Positions 48,475 through 56,000 of a DNA stretch of 64,000 bases are shown piece after piece. The DNA comes from an uncultured Maricaulis sp. (GTDB lineage: Bacteria > Pseudomonadota > Alphaproteobacteria > Caulobacterales > Maricaulaceae): positions 8,210 through 72,209 of the forward strand of contig NZ_CAXBGE010000012.1 in NCBI RefSeq assembly GCF_963975345.1, read 5' to 3'. The notes beneath the pieces were generated by a model. It ran no database searches and was not told the DNA's origin. It worked only from the letters and a program-made list of their open reading frames with translations. The position numbers were made by a program, and so were the translations under genes. Each line of letters begins with the position of its first letter. Positions within the stretch are counted from its first letter, which is position 1.

Positions 48475-50109
48475 TTATTCGGCTGCAGGCGTGCTGCGGT
48501 CGACATCGGCGAAGCAAAGATAACGCGTGCGATGGATGTCGGTGAGATTGTCGACCCAACCGGTCACCCGCGGGTTGACCAGGTTCTTGTTGACATAGAA
48601 GACCAGCGGAATGATCGGCATATCGTTGACCAGCATCTGCTCGGCCTCGGCCAGCAAACCGCCGCGCACTTCCAGATCCTGCTCCTGGTTGGCGCGCTCG
48701 ACCAGCGCGTCATACTCCGGGTTATTGTAGCGGGCATAATTCATCGGCACCGAACGGTATTCGCCGAGGAACAGGAAGTTATACGGATCGTTATAGTCGG
48801 CAATCCAGCCGCCATCGGCAATCTGGAAATCTCCAGCCCGCAGATTGTCATAATGAATCTGCGTGTCATTGACGATCAGCTCGGGCTGAACCCAATCAGC
48901 AATCGCTGACCAGTCATTCTGCACCACCGGAGCGACGCGTGGATTATCCCCGGTCGCCCGATAGGTATATTCGAAGCGGAACGGGTTGTCCGGGCCGTAG
49001 CCGGCCGCGACAAGAATATCGCGTGCCATGACGCGGCGCTGTTCCACCGGAATGTGAGCCCAGCTGGCTTCGACACCGCCCGGGTAATTGTCGATCCCCG
49101 GCGGCACCAGCGAATAGGCTGGCAGCTGCCCGGCGCGCAGGATTTCATTGGCGATGAAGTCGCGGTCAATCGCCATCCCGAGCGCATTACGAACCGCCGG
49201 GTCGGCGAATTGCTCTTGCGTCGTGTTGATGGAGAAATACACCGTGCCCATGAAGGGGTGGACCCGCACATAGTCAGGGATTTCCCGACGCAGGAATTCC
49301 ATCTGCTGTCCGGGGAACTCCATATTCAAATCGAGTTCGCCATTGCGTACTCGCCGGCCAGCCGCGCTATTGTCGACGGTTGGGTAGAAATACACTTCGT
49401 CAACGCAGCTGTCGGCATCGTCGTAGAAAAGCGGGTTGCGGCTGAGATGGACGAAATTATTCGTGCGCCAATCAATCAGCTTGTAGGGGCCATTGACCTC
49501 AATGTTTTCGGGACGAACCCACTCATCGCCGAATTGCTCCACGATGTGCCGCGGCAGCGGGAAAGTGGTGTAATGCGTCAACAGGCCAGGCAGATAGGGC
49601 GCCGGGTTGACCAGCCGGATTTCCAGCGTGTGCTCGTCAAGGGCATGAACGCCAATGGATTCAGGCGGCGCTTCGCCGCGGCTGGCCTCGGCAACGCCAA
49701 CGATGGGGTAAAGCAGGGAGACATACTGGGCCCCGGTTTCAGGATTGGAGATCCGGCGCCAGGCGAAGACGAAATCGTCGGCCGTGACCGGCACGCCATC
49801 AGACCAGAGAGCGTCGCGCAGATGGAAGGTCCAGACCAGACCGTCCTCGCTGACTTCCCAGCTCTCCGCCATGCCCGGGATCGGGTGGGCATCCGGGTCG
49901 TCGGTGAACAGACCGATGAACATGTCACCGATAATATTATTCTCCCAGGTACCGCTGGCCTTGTGCGGGTCGAGCGTGAGCGGTTCCGCGTTATTGCCAC
50001 GGTTGAGGACAATCTCACCGGTTGGTTCCGACTGGTTGCCGCCACAATTAACGAGCGCCAATGCTGCCACTGACATCAATATGGCTGACAGAATTTTATT
50101 GCGGGTCAC
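48475..50109 (-). CDS. ABC transporter substrate-binding lipoprotein, family 5 (Opp/Dpp type)
   Basis: Lipobox LALVNCGG. LTLDPHKASG, WSDGVPVTADDF and YNPEYD are typical of SBP_bac_5. Confidence 0.85.
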   Translation of the reverse strand: MTRNKILSAILMSVAALALVNCGGNQSEPTGEIVLNRGNNAEPLTLDPHKASGTWENNIIGDMFIGLFTDDPDAHPIPGMAESWEVSEDGLVWTFHLRDALWSDGVPVTADDFVFAWRRISNPETGAQYVSLLYPIVGVAEASRGEAPPESIGVHALDEHTLEIRLVNPAPYLPGLLTHYTTFPLPRHIVEQFGDEWVRPENIEVNGPYKLIDWRTNNFVHLSRNPLFYDDADSCVDEVYFYPTVDNSAAGRRVRNGELDLNMEFPGQQMEFLRREIPDYVRVHPFMGTVYFSINTTQEQFADPAVRNALGMAIDRDFIANEILRAGQLPAYSLVPPGIDNYPGGVEASWAHIPVEQRRVMARDILVAAGYGPDNPFRFEYTYRATGDNPRVAPVVQNDWSAIADWVQPELIVNDTQIHYDNLRAGDFQIADGGWIADYNDPYNFLFLGEYRSVPMNYARYNNPEYDALVERANQEQDLEVRGGLLAEAEQMLVNDMPIIPLVFYVNKNLVNPRVTGWVDNLTDIHRTRYLCFADVDRSTPAAE

Positions 50110-50238
50110 GGTTTCGGTCTCCCCTCCGAGGTCTCCAAGCGATTCACTGCCGCACTGTCTAACGCAACATCATCTACCGGTCGACACTTGCCGAGCGGTC
50201 GCGCATAGTCCGGTCAGGTTCTAGATATACTGGTGAAC

Positions 50239-50847
50239 ATGAATACGCGATTACTGATTCTTGTCGTTGCAGCTGGCTGGCCCTCGACGGCGCTGGCGCA
50301 GCCCCCCACCGCGCCGCTTGACGGCCTGTTCGCGTGCGAATCGGTCGTCGATGATGCCGCACGCCTGTCCTGCCTGGACGCCGCGGTCGCGGCGCTGCAC
50401 AGCGAAACCGCGAGCGGCAATGTAATTGCCGTACAGCGCGGCGAGGTCGAGGCGGCCGAGGAAGCGACGTATGGCCTGAGAATCCCCGGCTTGCGGCTGC
50501 CATCCCTGCCCCGCTTCGCCATACCACGCAGTGAGGCGAGCGACCTGGCTGCCGCCGAACAGACCACCCAGACCTCCGGTACGCATACCGTGGAGCGGGA
50601 CTCCAACGGCCAGATCGAGCGGATTGATCATCTGGCAATCACGGATATCCGCTTCAACCGCTCGCGGCGCGTCGTTGTGACGCTGGCCAATGGCCAGATC
50701 TGGCAACAGCTCGATTCCGATTCGACCCATATCGCGCGCAGTATCGAGGCCGACACCGGTGCCAGCATTCGCAGCGCGGCACTGGACTCTTACATGGTGA
50801 AAATCGGCGATAACGGGCGTTGGTTCCGCGCCCGGCGTACACAATAA
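50239..50847 (+). CDS. secreted hypothetical protein (tandem paralog 1)
   Basis: Signal peptide. N-terminal C-x7-DDAARLSCLD motif. C-terminus LANGQIWQQLD. Confidence 0.6.
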   Translation: MNTRLLILVVAAGWPSTALAQPPTAPLDGLFACESVVDDAARLSCLDAAVAALHSETASGNVIAVQRGEVEAAEEATYGLRIPGLRLPSLPRFAIPRSEASDLAAAEQTTQTSGTHTVERDSNGQIERIDHLAITDIRFNRSRRVVVTLANGQIWQQLDSDSTHIARSIEADTGASIRSAALDSYMVKIGDNGRWFRARRTQ

Positions 50848-50863
50848 TTCATTCGGGAGTAGA

Positions 50864-51568
50864 TTGATGATGACGTCACGCCTTGCCCTTATCGCCGCTG
50901 TCGCCGGGATCGCCATCCTGGCGCCGACAGCGGCGCTGGCCGATGATCCGATCGCGGACATCCTGGCCTGCCGCGCCGTCGAGCCGGTCGATGCCCGCCT
51001 CGCCTGTTTCGACGCCGCTGCTGAGGCGCTGGACACGTCCCATTCGAGCGGTGCCATCGTTACGGTGATGCGCGAGGATGTCGAGGCCGTCGAGCGCGAC
51101 AGTTTCGGCTTCTCCATGCCCTCCCTGCCCCGCTTCCGCATCCCGCTACTGGCGGGACGGGCCGAGGCCAATGTCCGCGACGCCAACACCCTGATCGCGG
51201 CAGCAGAAGCCGGCGGCGAGACTGCAGACGCCACGCCAACCCCCAACGCCGCAGCCCCGGCCGCCAGCGCACCGGTCAATGATGCCGCCACCGCCGCCGC
51301 GACCGATGTCCAAATTCTCGATCGTGGTTCAGACGGGAATGTCGACCGGGTCATGATGCAGATCGCGCGCACCCGCGTTGTTGGCTACAACACGACGATT
51401 TTTTACATGGAAAACGGCCAGGTCTGGCGCCAAACCGATGATCTTGCCGTCCGCATGCCACGGAACCTCGAGGGCGTGACGGCCGAAATCCGTCGCGGGG
51501 CCATGAGCAGCTTCCTGCTGCGCGTCAATGGCCGCGGACGCGCCATCGCCGTCGAGCGTCAACGCTAA
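50864..51568 (+). CDS. secreted hypothetical protein (tandem paralog 2)
   Basis: Signal peptide. C-x7-VDARLACFD, SLPRF and MENGQVWRQTD are colinear with paralog 1. Confidence 0.6.
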   Translation: MMMTSRLALIAAVAGIAILAPTAALADDPIADILACRAVEPVDARLACFDAAAEALDTSHSSGAIVTVMREDVEAVERDSFGFSMPSLPRFRIPLLAGRAEANVRDANTLIAAAEAGGETADATPTPNAAAPAASAPVNDAATAAATDVQILDRGSDGNVDRVMMQIARTRVVGYNTTIFYMENGQVWRQTDDLAVRMPRNLEGVTAEIRRGAMSSFLLRVNGRGRAIAVERQR

Positions 51569-51600
51569 AGCAACGGCCTGAGACCGCATTCAAACATGCA

Positions 51601-51630
51601 AAAGGGCCGCCCTGCCAGGCGGCCCTTTTC
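51601..51630. terminator. bidirectional rho-independent terminator (copy 1 of the island-flanking hairpin)
   Basis: AAA-GGGCCGCC-ctgcca-GGCGGCCC-TTTT. Confidence 0.75.
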
Positions 51631-51710
51631 ATTGACATGATCCGCGACCGGCCGCGATTGCGACCATGCCCCCGTTTTTTGAGGGCTATTTCACACAGAC
51701 CGGCTATCCG

Positions 51711-51840
51711 ATGGGGGCGCAAGACGGGCTGACCGCGCAGGAGGCAGGCACAGGGCAAAGCCTGGTTCCAGGCCGCCGTGGCCGGCCCAGGCGGAACGCG
51801 CCAGGGTGAGGCGCGCTAATTAGTGAGTGTCCCCGTTTTT
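51711..51840 (-). repeat. ~130-bp repeat ending in a GGGGACACTCAC terminus (copy 1)
   Basis: Colinear with 52409-52537 at roughly three quarters identity by eye. Ends ...GGTGAGGCGCGCTAATTAGTGAGTGTCCCCGTTTTT. Confidence 0.75.
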
Positions 51841-52030
51841 CGCAGGCATAGGCATCATTGGAGACGTTGCGCGTGGCGATCTGACCGGCCGGATTATAGG
51901 TAAAGCTGGTGGTCAGATCGCTGGTCGTGCCGGGCAGGTTGTGCGCCAGCGTCTGCAAGCGCGTGACGCTGTTGAACGCATAGCTCGTGGTGACGCCAGT
52001 ACCGCGCGTGATCGAGGTGCGGCGGCCCTG
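51841..52030 (-). pseudogene. orphan rhs core fragment (YD-repeat region), truncated at both ends
   Basis: Translates to QGRRTSITRGTGVTTSYAFNSVTRLQTLAHNLPGTTSDLTTSFTYNPAGQIATRNVSNDAYA. This is about two-thirds identical by eye to residues encoded at about 54.35-54.55 kb of the intact rhs gene. It abuts repeat termini on both sides. Confidence 0.8.
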
Positions 52031-52037
52031 TTAATGC

Positions 52038-52236
52038 GTGCCTGTCACCATTTATTTATGGGAACTTTCCACAAAACCCCCAATCTGAGCATGCCTCAAG
52101 CTGCCGTTTCCGCGTCTGCGACCATCCACGCGCGTAAAGAGAGTCGCACCAGCTTGCACCAACCCTCCGGGCGCTGGAGCTCCGCAAGCGCCGATTGCTG
52201 CCGGAACGATTTCTTCGGGTAAATGGTGACAGGCAC
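52038..52236. repeat. MITE-like unit bounded by 17-bp inverted repeats GTGCCTGTCACCATTTA
   Basis: GTGCCTGTCACCATTTA at 52038-52054 and its reverse complement TAAATGGTGACAGGCAC at 52220-52236. Confidence 0.7.
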
Positions 52237-52306
52237 CATTTGTGGAAGGTCAGTCACCCAAAAGTAGAACCTGTATCAGGGTCACGGCTAATGCAGCGTT
52301 GAAATA

Positions 52307-52328
52307 GGTGCCTGTCACCATTTATTTT
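52307..52328 (+). repeat. solo copy of the GGTGCCTGTCACCATTTATT motif
   Basis: Exact GGTGCCTGTCACCATTTATTTT. Confidence 0.8.
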
Positions 52329-52380
52329 GGGGTGCGGAAATTGTGGATGTCCCCGGTTTACGTTTTTTCGTTTCATAGTG

Positions 52381-52400
52381 GGTGCCTGTCACCATTTATT
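52381..52400 (+). repeat. solo copy of the GGTGCCTGTCACCATTTATT motif
   Basis: Exact GGTGCCTGTCACCATTTATT, directly abutting the second 130-bp repeat. Confidence 0.8.
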
Positions 52401-52408
52401 ATTTATTC

Positions 52409-52537
52409 TTGGGGGCGCCGGACTGGTTGGACGCACTGGAGGCGAGCACGGGGCAAACCCCGACTCCGGGGCGCCGTGGCCGACCCAGGCGGGATGCGAA
52501 AGGGTGAGGCGCGCTAAATGGTGTGTCCCCGATTTTT
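52409..52537 (-). repeat. ~130-bp repeat ending in a GGGGACACACC terminus (copy 2)
   Basis: Colinear with 51711-51840. Ends ...GGTGAGGCGCGCTAAATGGTGTGTCCCCGATTTTT, 25 bp from the stop of the putative immunity gene. Confidence 0.75.
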
Positions 52538-52561
52538 CACCTTCTAATTCTTTACCAACCT

Positions 52562-53077
52562 TTACTGCGTCGATTCACTCAATTTTGCGGTCGCCTTCGT
52601 CCGAATATATATAAATGGATAGGTAATCGGTGCTACCATTACCATTACGAAACAAATGATCTGATCTATTAAAGGGTTAGTGAGCCTTACAATTTCATTT
52701 AACAATAGACGTCTACTGGAAATCCAAACCAAATAGAAAGTAACGAAGGGGCCGAAAATTTTTGCTTTCTCGTGGATATTTGTCGCCAAGCCACCATAGG
52801 AAACTGAGCTAAAGGCACCAACAAGGACGATAAATGTAAATGAGGCGAGGGACACAATTTCCAATAGCGAAATTATCGGCCCGAAATCGACCTTGGCCCT
52901 CCATCTAATCATCAAATATGGGATCAAAATTAATGTCGACGTCATGACCACTTTAGATGTGGCGCTAAGTGCCCGATCAAGAAGAACATCGCTGGACGTG
53001 CTGACATCCCCGCCAGCAAAGAAAGCTGCCACAATGAAAACATAGAAAGTTACAGGGTGCGTTAGCATTCTTCTCAT
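52562..53077 (-). CDS. polytopic membrane protein, putative cognate immunity protein of the Rhs C-terminal domain
   Basis: About 171 aa with about 5 hydrophobic helices (VTFYVFIVAAFFAGG, VVMTSTLILIPYLMI, IISLLEIVSLASFTFIVLVGAF, IFGPFVTFYLVWI, IICFVMVMVAPITYPFIYI). Strongly AT-rich compared with the flanks. ATG 53075-53077 overlaps the rhs stop 53074-53076 (ATGA). Confidence 0.65.
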   Translation of the reverse strand: MRRMLTHPVTFYVFIVAAFFAGGDVSTSSDVLLDRALSATSKVVMTSTLILIPYLMIRWRAKVDFGPIISLLEIVSLASFTFIVLVGAFSSVSYGGLATNIHEKAKIFGPFVTFYLVWISSRRLLLNEIVRLTNPLIDQIICFVMVMVAPITYPFIYIRTKATAKLSESTQ

Positions 53078-56000
53078 TCCGAGGCTCCACAATCATACGT
53101 TAGACTAACGCTAACACCGAAACCTAGCGCAGCGGCAAAACTAACATTTGGGGCAACGCTGTTTGAGGTTACCCACGGCGCGCCATCCAGTGGACCACGT
53201 GGCGCGAGCGCACTCGGTCCTGTGTACATCCTCTGCTCCATTGCAGGAACCCCAGCCCGCAGCAAGAAGTCCACGGCATCTGTTGGCATTGGTGCGCTAA
53301 CCGACCTGGAAGTTGTACGTGTGCCCAAGTCGAGAAAATCAACACCACTAATGCCGAACGACGCGGATGCTCCTTGCGTATATGAAGCAGTGCTCGAAGC
53401 CAAATCGGCCCGGTAAGTACCCGCGTCAAAAAGACCTCCAAGAGCGAGACCTTCATAATTTCCTTGGAGCGCAATTTGAGCCCCCAGCGAAAACTCGAAC
53501 TTGGTTTGGTAGCAATTGGTTTGATCGTCGCTATCTCGCGCCCCACGGCTGTTGCCATTATTCTCGCGAGGAAAGCTCCCACGATCACCTCGGCCAGATC
53601 TGACCCATAGACTACCCATAAACGAACCCCAACTCCAACGACCTCCTGTCACAGTGAAACAGCCGCCGATACCGTCGCATACATCGAGCCCCATCGGATC
53701 CACCAAATTCACAGGATCCCCACCCACATAAGCATAGATATTCATGCCCCCAGCCTGACCGATCGGATCGGTCTGCATGAACCGCCCAAGCCGGGGATTA
53801 TAGGCGCGGTTCTTGTAGTGATAAAGGCCGGTCTCTTCCAGCCAGACCTGGCCGGTATAGCCATAGCGGCCACTATTGGAGGCGCCGGGCATGCCGTATT
53901 CGTCATAGGTATTCGTATTGGCGGCGTCCCCGAACTGATTGGTGCGCGCCACAATTGACCCCCGCTCGTCGGCGATCAGCCAGAGCCGCATGCTGGTCCC
54001 GGAGCCGGCATATTCCACCAGCGGTTCGTCGGTGCCAGGGCCATGAACATAACGGCGTTGCAGCACGTGACTGCTATTGTATTCGGCGATCATATCGACG
54101 CCGTCATACTGAAAACGCACGTCCGGCGCCGTGCCGGTCAGCTGCACCAAACGGCCGAGCGGATCATAGCTCAGTGTCACCCCGCCGGAGACCGAGGTCA
54201 GCCGGTTGAGATAATCATAGCCGAAAGTGCGGACGCCATCGCCGGTCATATTGCCGCGACCGTCATAGGTCGGCGCGCTTTGGCCGGTAACGCTCGTGAT
54301 CTGATTGAGGCCATTGGTGCCGTAGAGTAGATCCAGATTGACATGCCCGGTCCAGGCGAAGGCGTCATTGGACGCGGTCCGGCTGGTGATCTGACCGGCC
54401 GGGTTATAGGCATAGGTCACCGTCAGATCGTCACTGGTTCCAGTCAGATTCTGTGTCAGGCTTGCGAGCCGCGAAGCGGAATCGAAAGTATAATTGGTGG
54501 TGACGCCATTGCCGCGCGTAATTGAAGTGCGACGGCCCTGATTGTCATAGCTGTAGGTCGCCAACACCCCATAGCCGGACGAGGCACCATTTTCACGGAC
54601 CGCCGTGACGGCGCCAGCCGTATTATGGTCGTATTTGACGTAGAAGCCGTCGGGCCAGGTGATCCGGGAGCGGTGTCCTGCTGCGTCATATTGATAGGAC
54701 ACCGCGCCATCACCGCCAGTCTGTTGAGTGAGGCGCCCCAGAGCATCATAGCTATTGCTGATCGATTGGGAGCTGGTAGCGACACTCAAAACCCGACCCA
54801 GCAGATCATAGGTGTAGTCCGTGTCGATCGTGGTACCGGGTGCGTTGACCTGGGTGACGCGGCCAAGATTGTCATAGGTGTAGAAGAATTGCTGGTCGCT
54901 CCGCACCCGCCGATTGGCGAGACGGCCATAGACATCATAGGTATAGATCTCGTCATCACTGCCCGTATTGGTGCCCGGCGTGGTCGGGCTGGGGTATTCA
55001 ATCGAGGCGAGCCGGTCGAAACCGTCGCGCAGATACTGGGTGCGATTGCCTTCGCCATCGGTCAGGCTGACCAGCTGGCCATTATTGCTGTAGGCGCGCG
55101 TTGCCTCAACGATGGCGCCCGCCGTGGCATAGCCGCTGGTCGTGGTCGCGACCCGACCAACCGCATCATAAGTGTTGCGGGTGATCCGGTCCGGCCCGTA
55201 GGAGCCGGTTGTGGCCAGTGTGCAGGCCGAGCTGGGCGGTGAGGCCCAGTTGGCGGCATTCATCCTTTGGGCGACGCAATCAATCCGTCCCGCATTGTCG
55301 TAAGAATACTGGATCATCGCCTGCACCGAACTGGCTCCGGTGATCAGCCGCGCCTGGGTGGCACGTCCGCCGGCGTTGTAAACGACCTCCTGCCGGTCGA
55401 TCAGGCTGAAGGCGGACCACGCCGCATCAGACTGGCTGGTCACCGTGCCAAACTCGACCTTGGTGGGCAGGCCATCGGAATTATAGGTGGTGCGCTGGGC
55501 GGGGTACAGCAAGGCGCCGGCGCCGTCCGGATCGGGCCCGACCTGGCCGATCAATTGACGCCCATTGTCATAGCGATAGCGCGTCGTATCGGCGGTGCCC
55601 GCAAGTGGGCCATCGACCGTCAGCAGATTGCTGACATGGTCATAGGTCATCGTCGTGGTTGTCACCAAAGTTGTGTTGCCAGCTTGGGCGGTTGCCGTGA
55701 CGGGCAGGAGATTATTGGCGACACCGGTCGCGCCATAGGTGACGATTGTGAGCTGCTCATTGGTCGTGCCGATACAGCCCGCCGTCGCCGTGCCACTGGA
55801 GCAGGTCGATGATTGGGTCGGCAGATAGACCGGGCTGGCCGCCTGGATGATGCTCGCGGAGGTGCGTTTGTACCAAGCGTAGAGCGCGGTGTAAGTGATC
55901 CGCGTCTGTGGCCGGCTGCCACTGCCGGACGGGGCCGGTGAGGTCGCGGTCAGCATGCCGCCATGGGTGGCATCATAGGTGAAATCGGTCACATTTCCGG

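Noticed and set aside
50251-51372. 373-aa minus-strand ORF spanning both tandem paralog genes
   Set aside because: It crosses the intergenic gap between two plus-strand genes that each have signal peptides and mutual homology. Its translation is low-complexity Ala/Arg/Ser.
52030-52540. Possible CRISPR array, given short repeated motifs
   Set aside because: The repeats occur in mixed orientation with irregular spacing (about 165, 70 and 55 bp) and belong to two motif types. No cas genes are present.
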